In this document: in pieces, positions 24,764 to 38,286 of the stretch
Numbering within the stretch: the stretch's first letter is position 1
Layout: every line of letters begins with the position of its first letter
Assembly (NCBI GenBank): GCA_976226885.1
Contig: OZ320315.1
Coordinates: 84,258,001-84,322,000 of the forward strand
Direction: 5' to 3'
Length of the DNA: 64,000 bases
Source of the DNA: Iphione sp. A-MEVVRFRX5
Taxonomy: Eukaryota
The notes under the pieces: generated by a model
What the model was told of the DNA's origin: nothing
The model's database searches: none
The model's input: only the letters and a program-made list of their open reading frames with translations
Program-made: the position numbers and the translations under genes

Positions 24764-27700
24764 AGTACTTTTCATCCATCTTTCACGGCCTCTTCCTGCC
24801 GCCCGCCCGCCCGGCGCCTGCTACCTGAGCTGCCCAGCGAGCTGCTCACCCCGATCCGCTCACCTAGTTGGCGGCACCAACCCTCATTAGTCCAGGTGTA
24901 AAGGCCTGCAGACATCATTAGCAACGTCTCCCAGGTCTGCGGGTCACCGCCCCCCTCGTGTTAAGGCCACTCACTTATCGGTTCACTTCTAGCAGGACAT
25001 GTTTCCCGTTGGGAGGCTGTTTGAAGTCATCAATCGCTCCACGTACAAACACAATGTGTTTTGGTACCCTATCTATATAAATATAGGCGCGAGCCGATGA
25101 AGACATGAGGATCTGACACAGCGATGACCTGCTGGGTGGTCCTGCATGGCATGTTGGCGAAGCAATAGGAGCCATACGGCTGTAACAAAGCGTTTGATTG
25201 GCCAGTGATGGATCTGACCAATTAGAAGCGATATTCTAGAGCAGCATGGCCGCTGGATCTATTCATCACGTCGTGTTCTATGATGGCGTTTGTTTGCGGA
25301 GTACGCGATTTTCGGCCGGCGCACCATTATATTGAGGCTGGTGGGCTGGTGGGGGGCACGGGTTGGTAGGACAGTGGCGGGAGAGGGAAGGGCATGGCAA
25401 GCGATCCGTTAGGAAAGAGTAATGCGGGCGGCGTTAAGATAGATGTGGCCCGAGGTGGCGGGTTATGTGTACGCAGGACCGTGTCATCTATCACGGCCTG
25501 GCAGCCGGCAACCGGTGCGGGAGGCCGCCGCTATTACGCGCCGTCCTTAGCGCCGTATGCCGACGTCCTTAGGGAGCGGATGTGGTCCGGGTTACATACC
25601 TTGCCGCTCCTCCATCAACAGACCGGCTGGATCAGCCGTAAGGTGAGCGATATGGACCGAGAGCTAGAGTCCGCTCTAACCAACTGTAGAGGAAGGCCAT
25701 CCCTATAGGGCGGGAAGATGTGGATGTATACACACATGCTGGGAGGCTTTTTGTAGGCATGCCATGTGACCCCACCATATGTAGCAGACAGACAGCGCTT
25801 CTCATGCTGCAAGACGTAAAGAAGTATCAGCGGTAGGTTTTAAAGCATAAACAGGGACCAAAGAGGTCCCCACCTGCTGTTCAATCAAACGGAAATGATT
25901 GTTTCTGTTTGGGTGACCATGCACATAGCTCCATGTTCTCTCTTACATACATGCACATTTCTCCTTATATTTGTTATTTTAAGTGCTTTGAATTACTCCA
26001 AAATAGGCCAGTAGCAAGTGTCCACTCAGTTAGACATCACATTAAGAAATCTGTTTCTTTGACCTAATGGTTCATTAATTATAAGACCCGCAAAATCATG
26101 ATGGATGGCCGGACGGTCGGACAGCAACAATCCTAATATTCTTCCAATATCTTGGAAGTGGGGGACAAAATTTGCTTTTTAAACATTTTAGAGACAGTTC
26201 TGTCGCTATCTCTACGCAATGTCTTCTAAAACTAATGAAGTTCCACGTTTTTGATGTTCAAGGTAACCGGGTTGGAGGTTTTGTCGAAGAAAGGAAATGA
26301 AATTCAAGTTCTGCGAGATGTATGTACCAAGAAAGGTAATATTTAGAGATAGATATTCAAATGCAATGCCCTTTACACGGATTCGCATGTTAATCGTGAA
26401 CAATAAAGCAGGTAGTACTGAATCAGCCGATTCAGTCTTACCCGGACACTTCACTTCTGGTGGGTCATTTTCTGACAGATTAACCTTTAAGTATTTATAG
26501 AGGGGAGTCGATTCAGTGGCTGCTATAGGCGAGAGAAGCAGCAAATTGATGGGCACGGGGAGGGGTCAGCCAGGGATGGCTTGCGGGGGGAACTGCTTAC
26601 TTCCTCCATCGGACACATCAGACATGCAAGCGGCCTAAATCCTTTGTGGGTTTTGACTGCCGCGTCCAAGGTGATCTACACAAACTACATAGAACCTGAG
26701 GTTCTTTACACCAGCCGAAAGAAAATACCCATACATTGAAATAAAAGGGGAGGAAAAAGGGACTGACTTGGCGATTCTGTTCCATCAGCTGATGAAAAAT
26801 CGATCAGACTATTCTTTTCCTTTTTTAAAAAGGAGGATAGGATAACATTGCGTGATATAGTCTGTATTCCCCGGGAAGAACTTGGGGAAGCTTTTACTAG
26901 CGGCTGCTGTGAAAAAAAAAACAAAAGAAGCATCGCTCGGCATTAAAGTACGTGTATGCGTGTACCCATCGGTCCGTGTCAAAAATTATGTCAAGAAGAC
27001 AAACAGCTTGAAAATATACCCGTAGGTCGGGTTTCTGTAGTCAAGCCTGACGACACGGAATGCTGGAATGTGGGCCCTAAGAAAAACATGATCGATGGCT
27101 ACTCAGCCAACTTTGGTCGGCCAATGTTCATGTTGCATGTTTTTTTTTCGTGGCTGCTTGGTGGAACCTGAAAAGGTGATGGCAATTCGACTGTGGATGC
27201 CACCTTGAGCTCGCCTCTAATTTTTCTACATGCAGTTCTGGCAGGACTCCTTTCTGACGGTCTCGCCTAAGTCAGACTACTGCCTCGCGCCTACAAGCTT
27301 TGAGCGATCACTTCATTCTCGAAGATTAGGGTCACATTTTAGCGATCTGAAAATTATCGCTAATTGCTAAATGGAAATTAAATGAAATTAAAAGCCATGT
27401 TTTTAGGCTAGCCTGCTGCCAGAATTTGATTCTATCGTCTGCATGTAGGCAGTGACTGATGGTATCCTGATACTTAATGACGCTGACGCCACCTAGCGTC
27501 AGCTGGATAAATGATGGCAGCCATTTGTAATTATTCTCGTTATTCCAATCAATCACACTGTCTTTTATCAACGCGCCAATACCTAACAGTGTACTCTATT
27601 CGTGGCTCCCGCACTACCAAACGAGCTGTTAGAACATTGAGCCAACGTGGCGTCTTTTTTGGTTTCGCTGGTATTAAAATGAAGCAGTCTAACGCTGAAA

Positions 27701-30700
27701 TATTTACACGTGCTGCTCGCTGTGGCTGATATGTCCGATTATCCGAATGGCTGGCTGTCAATGGCTTGGCACGCTGTTCGATGGATTTAGCTGTCCAGAT
27801 CGCCAAGGTCGTCAGGTACAAAAATGGGCTTTGATCCCATGTGAGGATCGATAGCGTCTGGATGCGTTCGAAAACACCCATTATAATGCTTTTTTGCACC
27901 TTCCCGTCCAAAGCTGATAAGATCACATGGCAGAGTTACAGCAGACCTCATTCCGGGATGCCAAACTGCCCATCATCGTCAATTAGAAAACGTGATTGCC
28001 ACAATGTGAAATGTATAGCGCCACGAGGAAGGGTGTGGAGGAAGAGGGGGGCGGGGAGACGAAAAAATAATCGTGCACAGTTCAAAACGTTAACCATTCA
28101 GCAAATGCGGACTACCTCAGCAAAAAGGAGCACAGCAGGAAGAGTGGCGGGCGCGAGGTATTACGAAGGTTATGATCAAATATTGCCACTTTTTCAATTT
28201 TCATTTGAGTCCCTTCTCACCGTCAGCGTGATCATATTGTCTCCACGCCCGAGGTAATAATACGTACGCAATGCTGGAACTCGGGCAACGATGCTAATCT
28301 TTGGCCGCGCGCAGTTGATTCAGACTGGTATGAGGAGACAAACCTGCTCAAGCATCGTCATGGAAACGGTACGCCGCATTGTCGACCGGCAGCAACAGAG
28401 TCTTCCTTGACTCTGTTCATGCTGAAGTAAAAGCCCATCAGACCCGCCATACCCATGCATTCATATTTGATCCTCACACCATCACGGTTGGGTAGCTGGT
28501 CCGCTAAAACAGCACGCATAAGACAGGAAAGGTACTGCGTACGTAGAAATGCTCGTCTTATTATTAGAATGACAATAAGCAGGAAAGAAGTATACGACTG
28601 TTTAAGTGATTTATAAATACGTGTAATGCTGATTTCCGATGGGGTATGCTAATACTTTCATGCAGGTTTAAGGCAAGGCGATTTTGTCTTACAGATATTT
28701 AAGCGTGTACGTATACATATACATTGGAATATTGCTATTGATAAATATTGGGTAAATATTGATTATTTCTGTGAAGTAATAGCGATAATGCTGGCTCCGT
28801 TCAATGCTACTAGTAAATGATTATATCAGGACCAGCTTAATTCCGAATGCATCACTGATTTGTTCTCGTCCCAGTCTCCCGTGAACAAATACATCGAAAC
28901 ACCTTGTCACATACTCTGCACATGCCAGACGTGAATGGATACATGTACACGGAACAATGCCAGATAATAAGCGGCAAACTAGCGATTTGCCATTCCATAG
29001 TTTTCCACCAAGGATACTTGAGACCACCAGATGGGCAGATAATGATACCCAGAAACCATCAGTGGTCAGAACCACCCTAGACATGCCGCTATAACGACGT
29101 GGTCGTGAGGGTCGTTATATTGGGTGGGAGAAGGGCGGGGGTGGGGGGGTGTCCCACTGGTTCTATTGATCGAGCACCATCACCCGTTGACAGGTGGCTA
29201 TCACGGGAAGTGGAGGTTGCTGCATGGGAGGAGGACACCCAGGCCTTGTCCTGCGAGCTGCTCCACCCATAATGAGTGACTCCCGTCCTGCTCAGGCCCC
29301 CTGCTTCCGCCGCCGCTGATTGGCCATCAAACGCCGGAGTTTCTTGTCCCGGGGATGGCGGCTTTTTGTTCGGCCCTGATTGTTTCCTGTCATTATTGAC
29401 AACTGGCACGTCACTTACAAATCTGCGGCATCTGTAATTATCGTTAGATGTAAGGAACCTGGGCCCTCATTATCAAACGACTGGTATCTATGCTGGGTTC
29501 GGCAGAAAGAGGAGATAGGTCATCTTAAAATAGCTGGTTGTGCCGGGGTAAAGGACCCAATCGTCCCGTCAGAGCATGTCTCCAGCCATGATGATTCCTG
29601 TTCAAATTGATGCACACATAACTAACAAAGTACTGTATTAACTCTTATGTACAGACAGAGAACATCGCGTGTTGTGAATGGAATCTCTGAAAATGGAAGA
29701 CGTTTAGCAACATCTCCTCTTGATACTACACATACACGAGGGCTGCAATACAAAAAAAATCCAGTGTGATAGAGAGGTCTTTTCCTTTTTTCCTTGGAGC
29801 GCTTGCTTTCGTGTTTTGAAGGCAGCTCTGCGTGACTAGCTATATACACAGGCATACGCTAAAGGTGAATCCATCAATCCCTGATGGGAATCTGTAACTA
29901 GAGGATTCACTTGGAATACTTACTAAGATGTTCCCTCAAGAAGACATGCCATTAGTCCATTAATCTGCGGAAATTCAGACCTGGTCATGCAGGTCGTGCA
30001 GGTAGAATCTTCTGCGCTGGAACAACAGGTAGAGGCCAGGGATATATCGGGGAGGAATGTGACTCTTTCGACTCAGGGCCATGTATTGGCAGATTTAGAG
30101 GACTAATGGTAGGGTTCTGTGTATATTTTTTTATAAATGAATGCACAAGTACTTATATATGTATGGCTGTTGTATACAACATACAGATACATGTAGTAAA
30201 CATTATGTGGTATTTCCTTCGATCAGAAACTTCGTCTGATAGAGCATATCAGAAGAATGCGACCCATCGTGCGGGCCATTGAGTAATATTACTATTATTA
30301 CATTATCGTCAAATAGCCAACACCATTTAACGATTAACCCAGAAAAGGAAATTAATGGATAACACTATTACGTTGCTCTATTGCGAATAAAAATACCTCT
30401 CTAACTCAGGAGGGCGAAAATAGAGGATTTACTAATCAGCGACGGGTTGTCATTGCCGGCCGATTGAGGTCTCCTGGTGACGGGTGATGGATGGCGCCGC
30501 CATCTTGAGCTGGTGGACTTGTCACAGCGAGCAGCTCACGGAGGCCGTCGGACATGTTATTGTTGCCCCGTCTCTCGTGATCCGGTGAAATGTTTGCCCA
30601 TGTAAAGGCATCAATTAAAATGATAGATCACTTTCTCTAACAACTCATGCCAGGAAATTAAGGCTTGCCAATCAAGAAAGTAACTCCCCCAGTTGTGTTA

Positions 30701-33081
30701 TTCTGGGCAGGATATATAGCAGGGGCTATTGGGACTGCGAATTTTAGCATTTCCCCGGCCTAACGAGATCAAACGTGGGATGTATTACTTTGATCCTAAT
30801 TGAACATTTCCGATCGTGGTGTCGTTCGTGATCATTTCTTTCGAAGTCACTTCTTCTGGTGGAGACTCTTACATTGGCGCCGGTAAATATCCCTTCAGAT
30901 CACTCATTGCTCTAAAGTAGCGACAAATTTACCTCCAACTTAGTCAAGTAAAACTTCAGAGAGAATGGCGTGTACAGACGTACGAACTGATAGGGTGAAG
31001 AGAGAGCACATACGGACCAATTTCTAACGTGTTTTACAGCCTCATCTAATTATGACCAGAGGGGCAAAACTTCTCATTAATAAGATTTGTAATTAAGATG
31101 CAAACAAGCCGCCAGAAGGGTCGGCTTCTTGCAGCCCCTCTCCAGTTTCTGCTGAGGGCCCTGTATCCCATTACAGTGATTAAAATAGTAGTTAACGGTT
31201 CTTGGCGTATTTCTTACGGCTTCTGAAGCCCCCAAAGCCCGCTTGTCGTGCGATGCGTGATGATAAACCAGAAGTGGATGGCGCCAGGGCGGGTGCCTCC
31301 GGGAACAGCTTTTAGGGACATTTAATGTCCCAAGTTTACCGATTCTGAAATCCACTAATGTTTAAGTTATGACTGCTAATCTCATTCGAACCATTTTCGT
31401 GGCCACCTCCGCACCCCCGACGCTTTCGTTGAGGGAATAGCGGTAGAGACTGCGGACTGCGATTGTATGGAGTCGCAATTGCCTCTGGGGGAAAGCTCCC
31501 AACAACCGTGCCTCTTCGCTGATAACAATAGCATACAACGGCTCAGATAGCAGCGAGCAATTGCCCCATGGGTGGATTGTTGTCCGCGAGGAGGGATAGC
31601 TGTCTAGGGATTTGGGGAGTGAGCTTATGAATCGACAAGAATGGCATCGGTGTGCACTCGACGTCCAAGGCCAACATTCTCTGAACAACACCCAACAGAT
31701 TGCTGGCTGTGTGACTCTATTCCAGTAGCTGTCAACCGTTTGATTCCAACCTGTAAATGGTGACTGCCTAGTTCAGCCATTGACCTGCCTATTTGAATTC
31801 CATCCCGGTGAATATGGAGCTAGGATCTATCCGCGGGCAGATGTCAATACAAAAAACCGAATGATACGCATTATGCATTTCACATTCCATTACCAGAGGG
31901 GCAGGCAGGTGATTGCAACACGATATTTCATACATGTACAGTGTTACATTGGCGTAGAGCTCTACTATGTGAGAAACTTCACACAAATCGAACTTTGGTC
32001 TGAATACAATCAATACAGTACATTTTGCACTGCTATCTCGTTATTGGATAACTTTCAGTTTCTCTTACCATTTAGTAGCCTTCTCTTTTATTCCATAAAC
32101 CATTTTGGGGCGGGGTTGTTCGACAATAAGAACTGCACTTGAGAGGGAACATCAAGATCTCTTCTTCTTATTGATGTCGCCTATCAGGCCGACCTTTCCA
32201 GACCTTGGTAATGACCGTGTTGACCTTGAAACCCGCGCGACTGACCTTTCCTCTTTATCTTTATCTTGCGTCACGAGAATCTATGGCCGCAGCGTGTCAG
32301 CTCGGGCGCACCCGGCCCACGCTGCAGCGGCAGTCTATGTACCGTCGGCACATCAAACGTACATACATCCTCATGTTGGCCAGTCAACGCCTACCAGAGG
32401 GGCCCCAAACCGGCCCGCTCTCCAGTCCATAACTCCTCACTATTATCATCAGCGCCATCATTTGGGGGGCTCATGAGTTGGCCTCGCACAGCGTCACCTG
32501 GCGTATATTTGCCTCTGCGCATGCCGGCTACCGGGACCTTCCGGATGCGTCTTGACACTCGCCGCCACCGGGACTGCCTCATTCCTCGCGCCCCACCTCC
32601 GATGAGTGATGGTAAAAGACAAAGTGCAAGGCTAAAGGTAGCTGATGAAATAACCCAAAGGCGAGGGTTTTAGCATCTCTAGGAAGGAGGTGCCGCTAAC
32701 ATAAATGTATGGGCGAGCAAATCGCGTGGGACGTGTTCGGCGACCGTGTACTTTATCCTGGCACTTAGGTTGGCTCATTAAAGAGAAATAGTAGGACCTG
32801 GTGAGCGAGCCGAGGTTAATGGACCTCTGCGCCCAGTCAAATGGGGCTCGGCCAGCGTTCGGAAAAGGTAAAAGACCGCGGTCCGCATGTCCCTTTCGGC
32901 GCGCCGCTCCCGCGTCACGCCGAATGTCAATCTAGGATAAATGGATCTGATCGGAAGCCGCGGTGAACATGTCACGCCGGACCCGGATAGCGGGGTTCCC
33001 GGAGGGCCAGGTTTGTGCAGGACGGGCTGGGGACACTGGGAGGAAGAGGAGGAGGAGAAGGAGGGCAAAGTGGAGGGGAGG

Positions 33082-33225
33082 NNNNNNNNNNNNNNNNNNN
33101 NNNNNNNNNNNNNNNNNNNNNNNNNNNNNNNNNNNNNNNNNNNNNNNNNNNNNNNNNNNNNNNNNNNNNNNNNNNNNNNNNNNNNNNNNNNNNNNNNNNN
33201 NNNNNNNNNNNNNNNNNNNNNNNNN
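33082..33225. other. Assembly gap (144 N)
   Basis: Run of N. Confidence 1.
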
Positions 33226-36200
33226 GCAGTAGGAGCAAAAGAAGACTGCCGGATGTAGTCACCATCAATGTTACCGCGCCCGACCGACGGGTGCCTCCCT
33301 AGAGGCAGGGGTCCGGTGCAAATATAGGTTTTAGGAGACCAAGTCCCCACACGTCCCCAGGGTCTCGTCGGAAATAAAATGAAAGCCCGTGTTTTCTTCT
33401 ACATCAGACGATGGTGCACGGAGATGGTGGCCAGCTGTCCATCACCAATAGCCCGGACCTTAGCATAGCTCGGCCGGGATGGATCGTGACTCACACCTTC
33501 TCTACCGCTTTTATATACACATTTTGCATGAGGGGAACCTACAGGGATCTCGGTTTTTATTTCCTTAAAATGGATTCAATATCCTAGTGCAACTCATCCA
33601 GAGAAAACGAGTAGAACTCTCGTGGCATGGACTGTCTATATCTACATCGCTGAGCCCTACTGGAGAAGCCAAGACACAGACGAGACGTTTGGCTTCCACG
33701 ATCATTGACCAAGAGCTAATCTGCTGTGTGTAGAGTATCTTCTGATTCATGGCTCACCACTGCTGCAACCACCATTAACCACCGCAGCCCGTAGACCGAC
33801 GTTTATGCCTATCTCAGTAGACCTGCCTAATCCCAGCAGTCGCGATCGCACCAACCGCCATTCCATCCTCCATCCAACTTCCCCCGCCCCCTTTCCGATC
33901 CCTGCATCTTATCTCTCCTCGACGAGCCTACAGCATGCCGTCCTGCCTTCTGGTCCTGATTGACAGCCTCTGTCTGCTGTCAGTGGCTTCCCGGGGCCCG
34001 TGGCCCTATCTGTGTCTTCTACCTGATTCTCTCTGTGGCCCCAGCGACAGGTATTAAGGCACCATTAAGTGCCCATCCGGCATGAAATATAAATTTGCTG
34101 AGCTCCTGGGCGGCGAGGCGTCGGGGTTATGTCTTCCAGGAGGGCCTGAACGCCGCGAGGTTCGCTACCGAACGGCACGCACCAATGCCCTCATCCGCTC
34201 CACTGGAGGCTAGCCATTGTGAACAAACGCAGCTTAGATCACCCCTTTCAGGCATGATAGTGACCACATACAGCTCAGAAAGGACAGCCGCGGAGACATC
34301 AGTCGGGGAAGGGAGAACAAAAGCTACAATAGAGATCGATAGCAGACTGGAAGGGAAGCGGAGACATGACTAAGATAGTAAACCGGAGCTAGAGCCTCTT
34401 CTTTTTCAGATCCGCTTCCCATCAAGCAGGCGGATCTTAGGAGGGATCTGCTTCAGTCCAAGAGTACTTGATGTGGCGTCAATTTGTTAGTTGTAGCGAG
34501 CTGGTTGTCCACGTGTGAACGAGCCACTCAGTCAGAAAACACAAGCAGACGCCGGCATCTCTGCTGCCAGCTTCGAGGCTGCCAAGAGGGATGTCTTAAG
34601 AAAACATGCCATATAAAAACCTTATCAGAGCCCAAGAGATAAAAGATCCATTTTTTCATCAGATAAAAGCATAGCCGACGGCTTTTGATATGGATACTAA
34701 GGGAGTGTTGTGGGTATTAAGAATTGAACACAATATGGGAGCCTAATAAAAACGCCTACACGCTAGTACATTTATCAGCAGTTAGTTGCGGGATATTTTA
34801 GTTGGGTATGTACAACAAGGTCATTGCAATTTTCCTTTACAATAACATCTCACATAAAACCGTCCACACACAGAGCCCGCTTGCGAGTACCAATCGTACA
34901 AGATTGTCTTTGCTTATGCAGGCGTTACCTTAAGTATTATTTCTTGATAAGGCTCCGAAATACATACAATTCCCGTACGGTTGGCAACAATAGAAATCAA
35001 TGTGGTTGGAGGATTGGTAATCGCCTTAGCATGTGAAAGGTACCAGTTGTGACGAGGCGGTCCAAGGTGCAGCAACCTAGCGAGGGAGGGAGGGGGCTGG
35101 CAGAGGGCGCACTGTGGCAGTGCAAGAGGGAAGAAAGCTTCATGGTCTTCAGAAGCAGGGGGGAAGGTGGATCGATGGGCTTGCGATGCCTATCATTCAA
35201 AGCACGCATTTCATTGCATGAGAAAAAGAGGTATCGGTCTTGTCCTAGAGACAAAGCCAGTAATGGCTGCGTATGAAGTTCTTACGAAATCGATGGCTGT
35301 TTTGCCTCTTCTTTTTTTAACTGCACCGTTCTTGTGGAGGTATTTCCTTCCTTTTCACCCTTCCACCAGGCTATAGTGAGCTGCCATCGAACCGGGCTGC
35401 ACTTCCCGGAGAGTTTGTCGAGCCACCATTACCCGCCATCATCCTCGCTGGCGGCTCGGGATTGAAACAGGCGCTATGCTGCGCCTCACTTCCGGTCTTA
35501 GGAAGATTAGTCCCGGCCACGTGACACACTTTAGAGCCTCCCACTGTGGAGACGTAGAATCACGCGAGTTGACGCGACGGGCAGACTGCTGAGAGCTCCC
35601 CGATGGGGATCCCCCTCGCTGTACTCTCCCTCCCAGAAGGACTATTGACATGGTATTCACCATGGTACCCGGCCTGCATTGATTGGTAATCTAGCAGAGT
35701 CATTGCAGATGACTGCACTCAAATGCATGCGAACGGGGCACGTGGTGTGAACGTCAGGGCCCTGTGTCTGAGGATTATGGTTCAAAGGCCCGCGGCCAAC
35801 CAGCAGACTGTCCTCTGGGCAGGTAGGGCAGCTTAGGGAAATCTGGCATCTTCTCAACCCACTGCCTCTGAAAAGGTGCACTCACTTGCTGCGGTCCGTC
35901 TTTTTAGACTAGGCATGCCGCGCTATTTCTCTAGTAGACCCGTATCGCTTCCATTCTGGTATTCCCGTTGGACGCCTCACATAATTAACATGGTCTCTTC
36001 TAGATGTAATAGCCAGATGTAATATCCGAGCTTAAACGTTGCATGTCCGGGTGGCATTGCTAGTTAAAACGGCGGTTCCCCTTACACACCGATTAGCCGG
36101 GACCGCAAACCATGAAGCTCCGATAACATATATGTATTTTCAGAATGACCTAATCTAAATGTATGCTACCCTTCCTGAAATGTTTTTACTTGTCAGTATA

Positions 36201-37993
36201 AATACTGGACATGCGATTTGGTGAGGACGTGGGGGAGGGGGCCAAATGAAATGGTGAATCAGTACTGACGAAAACGGCCATGCCTCCTCCAACCCACGGC
36301 CGTCTCCTTCTTGTGTGTTTTATGCTGCCACCACCAACTGTGGCACTTGTGGATTGATTCCCAAGCTGTTTTCACGGCACTGGCACTGATTGGAGGCTCG
36401 CGTGATGTGGCCGTGTGGACACCGATAATGGCACAAACACCTGGGATGGATACTTTAACGCCGCACTAAGGCGCTGTGCCGGCATACCGAAACCTGTGCC
36501 CATCCCGCGGCCCCACCCCCTGCGCACACACCCCACGCAAAACACGGCGCTGGGGAGCCATAACGCGCGGGCTGGGGAAATAGTCCGAGACCATCTGACA
36601 AGCTGCTTCTCATCGTGAGCTGAGTGTTATGGCTTCCACAAGCTTCAAAGGCAGTCTGCTTACAAGGACGCAGGTTTGTGCTGACTATTGGCGAAATGTA
36701 CCTGGGTGTGGCGCCACCCGCTGTCAGATACCAGCAGAGGGGCGATAACGGGATCGTGTGGTGGATATGGAGGGCAAGGGTGTGGGCACTCCACAGGTGG
36801 GCAAGGTCAGGCCGCCGCTCTGTTCTGTAGACACAGCAGCCTCTGTGCCATCCATCAGGCAGCAGCAGGTGAGAGAGAGAGTTTAGGAGGGAGAGCCGGG
36901 GCTAGAGGTGCAAGGCTCTTCAGTCTTCCCCGAGTCACCACAGGTCTTTTGAAGCTACACCTTCCACAGCCTCCTTTCCCTGCTTGTCGTCCTCACCAAA
37001 CACGCGAGGTGGCAGGGCAACGGGGAAAGCATTGGCACGACCAGAAAACATGGCGGTCAATATACGGGAAAACCGTCCCAGATAGTGTAGCAATCAGTTA
37101 TCCATAACCGACTTCATGACACAACGGGATGCGATGCGAATGCCTTATCGAGTGGTTTTAAATTCCAAACAAAGGTCCGTCATGGTGGTGCATTCTGAAC
37201 TGTCAGAGGTAAAAGCAATAACAAAGCAACCCAATTTCATGACGCATAGTGCAGTGAGCCAAACTACAGCAGGGAGCAACTCACTCCAGCAGTGTAATGT
37301 GCTTGCAGCAGCTCAGGATGTGGTTGAGTAGGAGGCGGTGTCATATTACAGATAGGTCCTTGTTAACAGGCCAAGTCATAATGACAAACCGAGTGGGGGG
37401 TTTGGCTTTTGGGTGTTAGCGAAGCCCTCCAGGTCAGATGCAATGATCACTACTGTGGCTTCCAAGTTAATAACCTAGCAGGTGAGCAGCGCCCGCCCCA
37501 ATAAGAGATTGGACACGTGTCCCTACAGGTAAAATTGCGATCTCGCTGCTGGGGTTTGCCTAGCACAGTACAACTGGAACAAGTTGTTTATTGCGGACCT
37601 GATTCTCCCGCTACGTAACCTAAGCTAACATATGACAGGTTCATGTGAGATACACTTTACTCTTATGTGATGACCATGGTATTCCCTAATCATTTTCACA
37701 GTGACCACGATTTTCGACATTATCTTATCTATTTGCCTTTACAAATGCTAAGGTAAATTTTCTTTACCTGCATGTATAGGGTGTATGAACATCATCGTGA
37801 ATAAATATTGCATGGCGGACTGAACGTTTCAGAGAGCAAATGATACACGGACAGACAGAAATAGAAGGATTGTCAGTGGATGAAGGGACGATAAATTACT
37901 GTATTACCGATGAAGGAGAATGACATTTTCACACCGAGATGTGTTTTAGCACAGATGTGCACCACACGAGAACCAAAGCTACAGCCTACTTAC

Positions 37994-38286
37994 CCATTGC
38001 CGTTGAAGGCGTAGATCTCGGCCTCGGCGTCCTCGTCCTCGTCGCCGAAGAAGCCATAGTAGGGCATGTCGTCGAGGTAGTCATCCGTCTGAGTGGCCGT
38101 CGACACCATGGGCACGGGGGGGGCTGCCGGCTGCTGCTTCATCTTGGTGCCGCCAGAGGTCGTGCCGTTCGTCGAGCTGCTCTTGGTGACTCGCCGTAAG
38201 ACCTCCACGACGATGGGCTCCTTGGCTGTGCGGAAGGCCTCTACTGCCTCCTCATGACTCGACTGTGAGAGATCCTGGCCATTCAC
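37994..38286 (-). CDS. PDZRN3/PDZRN4: Internal coding exon of a PDZ domain-containing RING finger protein 3/4-like gene (C-terminal half of PDZ1 plus linker)
   Basis: Minus-strand translation [98 protein letters not shown] closely matches, from memory, vertebrate PDZRN3 ([32 protein letters not shown]...TGTQTD) and PDZRN4. Acceptor ctacag|GTG is phase 0, immediately before VNG as in vertebrates. Donor GG|gtaagt is phase 2. 293 nt, GC3-rich codons. Confidence 0.92.

Larger units (their letters stand above)
11482..37993 (-). other. Inferred ~26.5-kb phase-2 intron of the PDZRN3/4-like gene
   Basis: GT..AG boundaries and compatible phases of the two exons. No further family-like exon was recognised in between, but small or alternative exons cannot be excluded. 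Confidence 0.6.

Noticed and set aside
31077-31691. KLGTLNV resembling the start of a LINE endonuclease domain
   Set aside because: Only a 5-6 residue resemblance, and no later endonuclease motifs follow in order.
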